This document shows, one piece after another, positions 40,099 through 47,780 of a stretch of 64,000 nt of DNA (position 1 is the first letter of the stretch; the number at the start of each line of letters is the position of its first letter). Below the pieces are notes generated by a model that did not search any database, had not been told where the DNA came from, and saw only the letters and a program-made list of their open reading frames with translations. Made by a program: the position numbers and the translations under genes. The DNA is taken from contig CAIOLW010000365.1 of NCBI GenBank assembly GCA_903859215.1, forward strand, positions 854 through 64,853, written 5' to 3'. Origin of the DNA: an uncultured bacterium (GTDB lineage: Bacteria > Krumholzibacteriota > Krumholzibacteriia > LZORAL124-64-63).

Positions 40099-41826
40099 AT
40101 GCTAACGCTGAGAGATTTCCTCGATACCGTCATCTTCCTGGCGCGCAACCTCGTCGTCGCGTTCGCGGTGTTCTACGCGCTGGCCTGGGTGATCGGCAAG
40201 CGCCTCCCCCTCTCCCGCTGGGCCTGGAAGGGCCCGCAGACCTGGGCTGTGTCGGTCGGCCTGCTGGCCGTCTACGCGGGCATCGCGGCGTGGTACGTGG
40301 GCCTGGAGGGGTTCTCGGCCGAGGTCGAGCCGATGGTGTCGACGCTCTCGTGGCTCGTCAGCCACGGTCGCCCCCTCTACACGCCGTTCGACGCCGCCGA
40401 GCAGTACAGCGTCCTCTACGGACCTTCCGTCTTCCTGACCAACGGCCTGTTCCTGCGCGTGCTCGGCCCGTCGCTCGTGGCCGTGAAGCTGGCCTCGGCG
40501 CTGGGCGCCGTCGGCAGCCTGCTGCTGCTCTACGCAGCGCTGGCCCGGCGCGGCCGCGACACGCTGGCGGTGGCGCTGACCACCGGCGCGGCGATGTACT
40601 TCTGGGCGCAGGGATTCTCGGTGTACGCGGTCAGGCCCGATGCGCTGATGGTGTTCGCGCTGGCGCTCGGCCTGTACGGCGCGGCGCGCCTGCGGCCCGC
40701 GCTGGCGGTGGCCCTGGTGGCGGTGACCGCCGGCTTCGCGGTGAACCTGAAGGTGCACGGCGCGCTCTATTTCGTCCCGGTGCTGGCCCTGCTGGCGTCC
40801 CGTCACGGGCGCCGCTGCGTCGTGGCTGCGGTGGTGGGCTCGGCCATGGTGACGGCGCTGCCGTTCGTCCTGAACCCGCAGGTCTCGCTGGTGAACTACC
40901 TGTCGTGGCTGGCCAGCGCGACGCGCCACGGACTGACGACGGAGTTCCTGGCGCTGGACCTCGGCTACACCGCGGCGCTGGTGCTGCCGCTGGCTGGCCT
41001 GGTCGCACTGACGGGCTGGCGGCGATGGCGCGGGACGCCCGAGCAGGCGCTGCTGCTGTCGCTGGGCGCCGTCATGCCGGCGGTTCTCGTGCTGGCGTCG
41101 AAGCCCGGTGCGGGCATGGTGCACCTGATGCCGCTGGCGCTGCCGACCATCTACACGCTGGGCCGCCTGGTGATGCGGCTGCAGGACGAGGGCTTCGACT
41201 GGCACCAGCGCACGCGCGCGGCGGCGGCCGTCGCCTTCGGGCTGTCGCTGCTGCTGGCGGGCTCGGTCAACGCCTATCGCGCGGTGCGGCTGCTGGACTG
41301 GGAAGTGGCGCAGGTGCCGGACGTCGCGATGGATGTGCGCGGCATCATGGCCCGCCATCCCGGCAAGACGATCGCGATGGCCTGCGGCGGCGAGAACAAC
41401 GCTTTCCTCAGCACGTGGCCGCGCCCGCTGCTGGCGTTCGGCGACAACCCGGTGCTCATCGACCCGGTGTCGGTGATGGACGCCTCGCTGTCGGGCCACC
41501 AGCTGGCGCCCTCGACGTACGAGGCGATCAGCGACGGCGCCATCCAGGTCTGGCTGGTGCCGAAGGGACAGGAGCCGTTCCGCAAGGCGAACTGGTACGC
41601 CCCCCACTCCCCCATCTTCCCGGACGAGTTCGTGCACCACTTCGAGAAGTGGTACGCGCCGCGCGAGCAGTCGCGTTACTTCGACCTGTGGTACTGGAAG
41701 GGTGTGCCCGAAGTGACGATGAGCGTCAGGCCCGGGAACGATCTGCCCGGGAATGCCATCTCGAAGTCGGGAGCCCCTGGCGGCGGTGACGCCATGCCGG
41801 GCGTCGGGATGATGCTGTCGCGTTGA
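40099..41826 (+). CDS. large polytopic membrane protein, GT-C (ArnT/PMT-like) glycosyltransferase fold suspected
   Basis: ATG at 40099. 575 aa with about 11 TM helices in the first about 430 aa, then a soluble C-terminal domain. No catalytic motif verified. Confidence 0.55.
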   Translation: MLTLRDFLDTVIFLARNLVVAFAVFYALAWVIGKRLPLSRWAWKGPQTWAVSVGLLAVYAGIAAWYVGLEGFSAEVEPMVSTLSWLVSHGRPLYTPFDAAEQYSVLYGPSVFLTNGLFLRVLGPSLVAVKLASALGAVGSLLLLYAALARRGRDTLAVALTTGAAMYFWAQGFSVYAVRPDALMVFALALGLYGAARLRPALAVALVAVTAGFAVNLKVHGALYFVPVLALLASRHGRRCVVAAVVGSAMVTALPFVLNPQVSLVNYLSWLASATRHGLTTEFLALDLGYTAALVLPLAGLVALTGWRRWRGTPEQALLLSLGAVMPAVLVLASKPGAGMVHLMPLALPTIYTLGRLVMRLQDEGFDWHQRTRAAAAVAFGLSLLLAGSVNAYRAVRLLDWEVAQVPDVAMDVRGIMARHPGKTIAMACGGENNAFLSTWPRPLLAFGDNPVLIDPVSVMDASLSGHQLAPSTYEAISDGAIQVWLVPKGQEPFRKANWYAPHSPIFPDEFVHHFEKWYAPREQSRYFDLWYWKGVPEVTMSVRPGNDLPGNAISKSGAPGGGDAMPGVGMMLSR

Positions 41827-41830
41827 CGGC

Positions 41831-41968
41831 CTAGCGGAAAATTCCCTTCACTTCGCCCCACGTCGTGGGCGTGGTCGCCACCGGCGCCGCGCCGTTGATG
41901 ACGGCGACCGGCAGGTCGGCCGATCCCGAAGCGGGACTCAGCGAGACCCCCGAACTTCCCACCGACAT
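41831..41968 (-). CDS. orphan small ORF (45 aa; possibly up to 64 aa from TTG 42025) ending ...PVAVINGAAPVATTPTTWGEVKGIFR
   Basis: High GC3. GGAAGG lies 7 nt before the ATG at 41968. The mirror plus-strand frame (41865-42068) shares the same third positions, so the strand is not proven. Confidence 0.3.
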   Translation of the reverse strand: MSVGSSGVSLSPASGSADLPVAVINGAAPVATTPTTWGEVKGIFR

Positions 41969-42143
41969 GTTGAGGCCTTCCCAGAAGCCGACCTGGCCGG
42001 CGAGCGCGACGTTGCGTGCGATCAACCGGGCGCGGGGCCCGATGGACGCCGGCCCGTCGTTGTGGTAACCTCGGTGCGTTGCCGGGACATATGCTCATGG
42101 ATGCGCGATGCAGGCTGATGCGTCTCTCGTCGGGAGGACGGCC

Positions 42144-43448
42144 ATGAAACACGGACCGCTGTTCGCGATCGCCCTGTTGCTCGGTATCGTGCCCGACAGG
42201 GCTCCTGCGGTGATCAACGGCGAGCCGGACAGCTTCGGCGTCTACTTCGATGCGGCGGGAAGCTACAACTTCACGATGGAACCCATCTACACCGCCTTTC
42301 CCATGTACCTCGTGCTCCGAAACCCGACGGCGCCGTTCGACGGGTTCGAGTGCACCGTCACGCCCTCCTCGACGACCCTGTACACGCTGGGGATGTCGCT
42401 GGGCGCCGGTGCCGTGGACGCCGATCCGTCGGCCGGCGGCTTCGCCGTCAGCCTGGCCGGCGACTATCCGGTGGTTGGCGACGTCGTGGTCCTTTGCACG
42501 TGGCAGTGCCTGGTCACTTCGTCGGCGCCGGTCAACATCTACGTCAGGCAGGCGACCAGTCCGTCGCTGCCGGGCGGGCTGCCCGTTGTGACTTCGGCCG
42601 GCGTGCCGCGCCTGTGTCCCGTGTCCAACTGCGATGTCCGGGCGCCGGTGGCCGGGATCAACGGCAGCATACCGATCGACTACAGTTGCGCCGAGAACGA
42701 CCCGACCGGCCTGAACACCGGCAGCACCGTGACGGTCTCGGCCCCCGGCCGCGAAGAGGTCTATGTCCGCGCTCGCACCCGCAGCACTGCGACCGACGGC
42801 CGTGACCTCGCCCTCGATTTCCCGACGCCGGGCCCGTCGGGTCCCGGCTACCTGGTTGCCAGCTTCGAGCACCCCGACTGGTCCGACGGGCCGCGTTACC
42901 GTGCCGATGTCCGCGCCCGTTTCGCTCACCACGACACGTACCGCGTGTGGCCGCTGCTGGTGGAGACCGATGTCGCCGGCACGGTCACGATCAACTTCAC
43001 CAGCGACGAGATGACAACCCCTGCGTTCCGGGACCTGCAGACGGGCGAATTCCATTTCCTGGCGTCACAGCCCACGTGTGTCTTCACGAACGACGGCCAG
43101 CCGCGCAGCTACCGGTTCCAATTGATCCTCGGCGCGGCGTCCGCGGCGGCGGGCGTGTTGCCGGGCGTCTCTGCGCACTGCGGCCTGGCGGCGCAGCCGA
43201 ATCCGTTCAATCCGCGGACGACGTTCACGTTCGAACTGCCGGCCGCGGGAGCGGTCCGCCTGTCCATGTTCGATGCAGCCGGGCGGCTGGTGCGCACGCT
43301 GGTCGACGGCGAACGGCCGCAGGGACGCGGCGAGGCGGACTGGGATGGCCGCGATGCAGCGGGCAGGTCCGTCGGTTCGGGGACATACCTGGCGAGGCTC
43401 GAGTACGCTGGGAAGGCGGAGGTTGTGCGCGTCGGGCTGGTGAGGTGA
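42144..43448 (+). CDS. secreted protein of unknown function with a FlgD-Ig/T9SS-type C-terminal domain
   Basis: ATG at 42144 follows GGGAGGA. Signal peptide MKHGPLFAIALLLGIVP. The C-terminal about 85 aa (AQPNPFNPRTTFTFELP...GTYLARLEYAGKAEVVRVGLVR) matches the tail of the 47781-49319 protein. Confidence 0.75.
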   Translation: MKHGPLFAIALLLGIVPDRAPAVINGEPDSFGVYFDAAGSYNFTMEPIYTAFPMYLVLRNPTAPFDGFECTVTPSSTTLYTLGMSLGAGAVDADPSAGGFAVSLAGDYPVVGDVVVLCTWQCLVTSSAPVNIYVRQATSPSLPGGLPVVTSAGVPRLCPVSNCDVRAPVAGINGSIPIDYSCAENDPTGLNTGSTVTVSAPGREEVYVRARTRSTATDGRDLALDFPTPGPSGPGYLVASFEHPDWSDGPRYRADVRARFAHHDTYRVWPLLVETDVAGTVTINFTSDEMTTPAFRDLQTGEFHFLASQPTCVFTNDGQPRSYRFQLILGAASAAAGVLPGVSAHCGLAAQPNPFNPRTTFTFELPAAGAVRLSMFDAAGRLVRTLVDGERPQGRGEADWDGRDAAGRSVGSGTYLARLEYAGKAEVVRVGLVR

Positions 43449-43560
43449 TCTGCGGACAACCCAGTCAACGGAGTCCGGACGCACAGAGTCGACGATGGGT
43501 GCGCGTACTGATGCGGCCGGGATTTCGCAATTGGGGCGGGACGTGGCCATGACCGATGCC

Positions 43561-43578
43561 ACTTGCGCCGGCGCAAGT
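43561..43578. repeat. 18-bp perfect palindrome ACTTGCGCCGGCGCAAGT (copy 1, intergenic)
   Basis: Exact copy of the element at 59483-59500 and 60752-60769. Confidence 0.95.
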
Positions 43579-43589
43579 TTCACGAGAAA

Positions 43590-43613
43590 GGGATCGACCA
43601 GGCGGCCGATCCC
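43590..43613. terminator. bidirectional hairpin downstream of tRNA-Arg(CCU) and of the 42144-43448 gene
   Basis: Stem GGGATCG / CGATCCC with a 10-nt loop. TTTCTCG follows on the minus strand and GTTCTGTTT on the plus strand. Confidence 0.5.
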
Positions 43614-43621
43614 GTTCTGTT

Positions 43622-43698
43622 TGGTACCCCCGACAGGGATCGAACCTGCGACCCCCAGATTAGGAATCTGGTGCTCTATCCAACTGAGCTACGGGGGC
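43622..43698 (-). tRNA. tRNA-Arg (anticodon CCU)
   Basis: The reverse complement folds with acceptor GCCCCCG/CGGGGGT, anticodon arm CCAGA-TTCCTAA-TCTGG and T arm GCAGG-TTCGATC-CCTGT. Encoded CCA, 77 nt. Confidence 0.9.
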
Positions 43699-43733
43699 AC
43701 CGAAACGCATCCGATACGGCCAAATAAGGCCGA

Positions 43734-44252
43734 TCAGCTGTACTTCACAAGGGAAAACACCGGGCCCAGCGGGGCCAGCGCGGCCCGCCCGGCCAGGAAC
43801 TCCAGTTCGACCAGGAACAGGAAACCGGCCACCACCGCGCCGGCCTCGCGCACCAGCTGCGCGGTGGCCGCGGCAGTGCCGCCGGTGGCGAGAAGGTCGT
43901 CGACGATGATGACGCGCTCGCCCGGCCTGAAGCTGTCGAGGTGCGCCTCGATCGTGGCGGTGCCGTACTCGAGCGCGTACGTGACCTCGCGCGTGGCGGC
44001 CGGCAGCTTGCCCTTCTTGCGCACCAGCGACATGGGCAGGTTCATCCGCAGCGACAGCGGGCCGCCGAAGAGGAAGCCGCGCGACTCGATGGCGGCGAAG
44101 CGGTCGAACGCGACATCCTTCAGCAGGCCCTGCAGGCCGTCGATCGACGCCGCGTAGGCCGCGGGGTCCTCCATCACCGGGGTGATGTCCTTGAACAGGA
44201 TGCCCGGCTTGGGGAAGTCCGGCACATCGCGTATCACCTTGCTGATGTCCAT
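43734..44252 (-). CDS. apt: adenine phosphoribosyltransferase
   Basis: 172 aa with FPKPGILFKDITP and the PRPP motif VIIVDDLLATGGTAAA. Confidence 0.95.
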   Translation of the reverse strand: MDISKVIRDVPDFPKPGILFKDITPVMEDPAAYAASIDGLQGLLKDVAFDRFAAIESRGFLFGGPLSLRMNLPMSLVRKKGKLPAATREVTYALEYGTATIEAHLDSFRPGERVIIVDDLLATGGTAAATAQLVREAGAVVAGFLFLVELEFLAGRAALAPLGPVFSLVKYS

Positions 44253-44272
44253 CCCGTTCCCCTTTCGCGCGG

Positions 44273-44953
44273 TCAGTGCAGCAGGCGTTCCGGCGAGACC
44301 GCCTTGTCGTCCTTGCGCAGTTCGACGTGCAGGTGCGGCGAGTCGCCCGACGACTCGGGCGCCGCGGTCAGGCCCAGGAGTTCGCCGCGGACGACGATCT
44401 GCCCCACCTCGACATCGATGGTCGCCGGGTCGAGCGGCGCCAGCACCGAAGTGTACGAGCCGCCGTGCTCGATGATGAGCACCACCCCCACGCCGTCCAT
44501 CGTCCTGCAGTGGCGCACGATGCCGTGCGCCGGCGCGGTCACCTTCGTGCCGACCGGACAGGACACGTCGGCGCCCGTGCTCGGCAGCACGAGCTTGCCC
44601 TGCTGGTAGTTGCCGAACGGGCGCAGCAGCTTGCCGCCCTTGGGCAGCGGGCGGCTCCAGCGCACGTCACCCGGCCGCAGGGCCTTGAACGCATCGGGCA
44701 CCTTCAGGACCTGTCCCTGGTGGATGACGTCCTTCACCAGGTCGTTCTCCTTGCGCAGGTGGGCCAGCGTCACGCCCAGGCGCTTGGCGATCAGCGACAG
44801 GCTGTCGCCCTTGCGGACCGTGTAGCGCGGGGTGTCGCCGGCCCAGGAGGGGCCGGCAGCCGCCAGGCACGTCAGCAGGGCCACCAGGGCGCACAGCAGC
44901 GCCACCGGTTGGTGCCGGCGCGGGCGTTGGGGGCTGCGGTGGGTGTTCTTCAT
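44273..44953 (-). CDS. LysM-domain M23-family metallopeptidase (NlpD-like)
   Basis: ATG at 44953. Signal peptide, LysM domain (YTVRKGDSLSLIAKRLGVTLAHLRKEN) and M23 domain ending SPHLHVEL. The track ORF is extended across tRNA-Pro. Confidence 0.85.
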   Translation of the reverse strand: MKNTHRSPQRPRRHQPVALLCALVALLTCLAAAGPSWAGDTPRYTVRKGDSLSLIAKRLGVTLAHLRKENDLVKDVIHQGQVLKVPDAFKALRPGDVRWSRPLPKGGKLLRPFGNYQQGKLVLPSTGADVSCPVGTKVTAPAHGIVRHCRTMDGVGVVLIIEHGGSYTSVLAPLDPATIDVEVGQIVVRGELLGLTAAPESSGDSPHLHVELRKDDKAVSPERLLH

Positions 44954-44964
44954 CGGAAAAGAAG

Positions 44965-45043
44965 TGGTCGGGGCGGAGAGATTTGAACTCTCGACCTCCT
45001 GCTCCCGAAGCAGGCGCGCTAACCGGGCTGCGCTACGCCCCGA
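44965..45043 (-). tRNA. tRNA-Pro (anticodon CGG)
   Basis: Reverse complement: acceptor CGGGGCG/CGCCCCG, anticodon arm CCTGC-TTCGGGA-GCAGG, T arm GAGAG-TTCAAAT-CTCTC. Encoded CCA, about 79 nt. Confidence 0.85.
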
Positions 45044-45238
45044 CCCAAGCAGACGATGACCGGCGGCGATGGCCGGGAGCCAGGAGCCTGATCTCGCACG
45101 TGCAGTCGACACACTAAGTGTAATCAGCACAACGAGATGATCCCTTCGAGCGCCCAGCTGACCGCGTTGCCGGCGATCAGGACGCCTAGAATGATACAAT
45201 AGTGCGGCAACCGCAAGGGAAGATTGACGCTCGGGCGA

Positions 45239-45985
45239 TTACGCACGGCCAGCCCCGGTACCTTCGGGGTCGTCGCGGAGTTCCGGATTGTCCGGCGAGG
45301 CGGCCAGGTCCGCGGCGGTCGGATCCTCCCCCGCCTCGTCCCCCACGGCTTCCTGGATGCCCGGCAGCAGGGGCACGAAGCGGCACGAGACCGAGCGCTC
45401 GATGACGACCTCCTGCCCGCGCCGCTGGTAGCGGTAGAGGATCTGCTCGCGGCCCTTGTCGACCGGCAGCAGCAGGAAGCCGCCCTCGACCAGCTGCGAG
45501 ACCAGGGCCGTCGGAAGGTTGGGCGCGCAGGCGGTCACGACGATGGCGTCGAAGGGCGCGCGGTCCGGCGCGCCGTCGCGGCCGTCGGCGGCGCGGACCT
45601 CGACGTTGTCCAGGCCCAGGCCGGCCAGCAGCTGCTGGGAGCGGCGGGCCAGCGGGGCCACGCGCTCGACAGTGACGACCTCGCGGCAGAGGGCGGCCAG
45701 CACGGCGGCCTGGTAGCCGGAGCCGGTGCCGATCTCGAGCACGCGCTCGTGGCCCTTCAGCTCGAGCAGGCAGCTCATCAGCCCGACCGTGAACGGCTTG
45801 CTGATGGTCTGCCCGAAACCGATGGGCAGCGCGCAGTCCTGGTGGGCGCGGTGGTGCAGAAGGCGCGGCACGAACTGGTGGCGCGGGACGATCTCCATCG
45901 CGTGCAGGACGCGGCGGTCGTCCAGGCCGGCGGCGGCCAGCTGCTCGCGGACCATGCGGCGCCGCGCGACGGCGTAGTCGTTCAT
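45239..45985 (-). CDS. pcm: protein-L-isoaspartate O-methyltransferase
   Basis: ATG at 45985. SAM motif VLEIGTGSGYQAAVLA, QTISKPFTV and an acidic about 40-aa C-terminal tail. Confidence 0.9.
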   Translation of the reverse strand: MNDYAVARRRMVREQLAAAGLDDRRVLHAMEIVPRHQFVPRLLHHRAHQDCALPIGFGQTISKPFTVGLMSCLLELKGHERVLEIGTGSGYQAAVLAALCREVVTVERVAPLARRSQQLLAGLGLDNVEVRAADGRDGAPDRAPFDAIVVTACAPNLPTALVSQLVEGGFLLLPVDKGREQILYRYQRRGQEVVIERSVSCRFVPLLPGIQEAVGDEAGEDPTAADLAASPDNPELRDDPEGTGAGRA

Positions 45986-46803
45986 TGCGCGGAAGCCTCC
46001 GCAGCGGGCGGCGGCGGGCCGTCGAACTCGAGCACCTTCATCTCCTGGTGCAGGCCGTAGTGCGTCAGGTCGACCATCAGCGGCGTGACGCTGACGTAGC
46101 CCTCGTTGACGGCCGCGTAGTCGGTGCCCAGGTCGCGCGTCCAGGTGACGCCCTTGCCGCCGATCCACAGGTACGGCTTGCCGTGCGGGTCGACCTGGTC
46201 GGTGATGACGTTCTGGTAGACGCGGTTGCCCAGGCGCGTGACGCGCACGCCGCGATATTCGGCGAGCGGGCCGTCGGGGATGTTGATGTTCAGCAGCGTG
46301 CCGCGCCGCAGCGGGAACGCGAGGATCTGCGGCAGCCAGCGCTGCAGGAAGGCGATGGCGCCGCTGAAGTCGGTCGGGTGCCAGGACACCGTCGAGAACG
46401 CGTAGCTGGGCACGCCGCACATCGTGCCTTCCATGGCGGCGGCGACGGTGCCCGAGTAGATGACGTCCTCGCCCATGTTCGGGCCGTGGTTGATGCCGCT
46501 CATGACGTAGTCGGGCGGGTCCGAGCGCAGGATCTTCTCCATCGCCACCAGCACGCTGTCGGTGGGCGTGCCCGTGACGGCGAAGCGGCCGGGGCCGTGG
46601 TCGATGATGCGCAGCGGCGAGGTCAGCGTCAGGCTGTGGCTGGAGGCGCTCTGCTGGTCGTGCGGCGCCACCACGGTGACGCGGTAGCAGCCGAGCGAGC
46701 GCACGGCTTCTTCCAGCGCGGCGATGCCGGCGGCGTTGATGCCGTCGTCGTTGGAGATCAGGATGTGCTTGCGAGAGTCCTGGCTTGGATGCACTTGAGT
46801 CAT
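45982..46803 (-). CDS. surE: 5'/3'-nucleotidase SurE
   Basis: ATG at 46803. ILISNDDGINAAGI N-terminal motif and GINHGPNMGEDVIYSGTVAAAMEG. ATGA overlap with the pcm start. Confidence 0.93.
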   Translation of the reverse strand: MTQVHPSQDSRKHILISNDDGINAAGIAALEEAVRSLGCYRVTVVAPHDQQSASSHSLTLTSPLRIIDHGPGRFAVTGTPTDSVLVAMEKILRSDPPDYVMSGINHGPNMGEDVIYSGTVAAAMEGTMCGVPSYAFSTVSWHPTDFSGAIAFLQRWLPQILAFPLRRGTLLNINIPDGPLAEYRGVRVTRLGNRVYQNVITDQVDPHGKPYLWIGGKGVTWTRDLGTDYAAVNEGYVSVTPLMVDLTHYGLHQEMKVLEFDGPPPPAAEASAQ

Positions 46804-46858
46804 GTCGTCGTTTCCGCCTGCGGGCAGGCTTGGCATGCTTGTGTTGCGGCCGCTGAGG

Positions 46859-47542
46859 TCACCGCTCACGATCGCGCGTGAAGGTCAGCATCGCCACCAG
46901 GCGCAGGAAGCGGCCGGTGTCGACCAGCGGCCGGATGGAACTGACCTGGTCCCCGTACACCGTGCTGATGGGCACGGCCCCGATGCGCGCGCCGCCGCGG
47001 GCCAGGCGCACCAGGATCTCCGACTCGGCATCATAGCGCGTGGTGCGCAGGCGCAGGCCGCGCAGTTTCGCCACCCGGTACAGGCGGTAGCCGCTCTGCG
47101 AGTCCGGGATCGTGCAGCCGGCCAGGCCGCTGATGACCCGGCTGGTGGTGATGTTCGTCCACTTGCGCAGCCAGGGCATGTTCGTGGTGCTGGACATGCG
47201 GGTGCCGACCAGGGCGTCCCAGTTGTCCGTGGCCGCCGCCTCGAGGAAGGCCTGCATCTCGCCGGGCAGGTGCTGGCCGTCGCTGTCGAGGGTGAAGACC
47301 CAGTCGAGGTTCTTCTCCTGCGCCCAGGCGTACCCGGTGCGCAGGGCCATCCCCTTGCCCTGGTTGTGGTCGTGCCGTTTCACTTCGGCGCCGGCCTTCA
47401 GGGCCACCTCCGCTGTGCCGTCGGTGCTGCCGTCGTCGACCACGAGGATGCGGCAGTCCGGCTGGGCAACGCGGATCTCCCCGATCACGTCGGGCAGGAA
47501 ACGCGCGGCATTGAGCGCGGGCAGGATGGCGCCGGTGGTCAT
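46859..47542 (-). CDS. glycosyltransferase family 2 (polyprenol-phosphate sugar synthase-like)
   Basis: 227 aa with ILPALNAARFL, LVVDDGSTDGT, NQGKGMALRTG and LDSDGQH. Confidence 0.85.
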   Translation of the reverse strand: MTTGAILPALNAARFLPDVIGEIRVAQPDCRILVVDDGSTDGTAEVALKAGAEVKRHDHNQGKGMALRTGYAWAQEKNLDWVFTLDSDGQHLPGEMQAFLEAAATDNWDALVGTRMSSTTNMPWLRKWTNITTSRVISGLAGCTIPDSQSGYRLYRVAKLRGLRLRTTRYDAESEILVRLARGGARIGAVPISTVYGDQVSSIRPLVDTGRFLRLVAMLTFTRDRER

Positions 47543-47725
47543 GGGGCGGGCCTTTGGGGCGGATCCGGTCGGATCCGGGGTCGCTGGTGCCTGGATTGGT
47601 GCGAACGCCGAGACTAGCGTGCCGGGGCGTCGGGCGCAAGGGGCGGCCCAAGCGGGTGCGCGCGGGCCGAAGATCGGAACGGGACGGGCATGGGCGCAGG
47701 AAACTCGCCATTGCCGGCTCAGGCG

Positions 47726-47734
47726 TGGTAGAAT
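47726..47734 (+). promoter_or_regulatory. candidate extended -10 promoter (TGgTAGAAT) for the M23/FlgD-tail gene
   Basis: TG at 47726-47727 and TAGAAT at 47729-47734, about 45 nt upstream of the ATG. No good -35. Confidence 0.35.
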
Positions 47735-47780
47735 GCCTACTTCTGCAGGGGACTATTTCTTTCTACGGCAGGAGCGACTC

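Noticed and set aside
41865-42068. 67-aa plus-strand ORF between the GT-C-like gene and the secreted-protein gene.
   Set aside because: It is the mirror frame of the minus-strand small ORF, with shared third positions. It has no SD and no recognisable motif. It is kept only as an alternative in the corresponding finding.
45224-46060. 278-aa plus-strand ORF downstream of an AT-rich patch with TAGAAT/TACAAT hexamers.
   Set aside because: It is entirely antisense to pcm, which has clear homology. The hexamers lack a properly spaced -35, so an antisense transcript cannot be supported from sequence alone.
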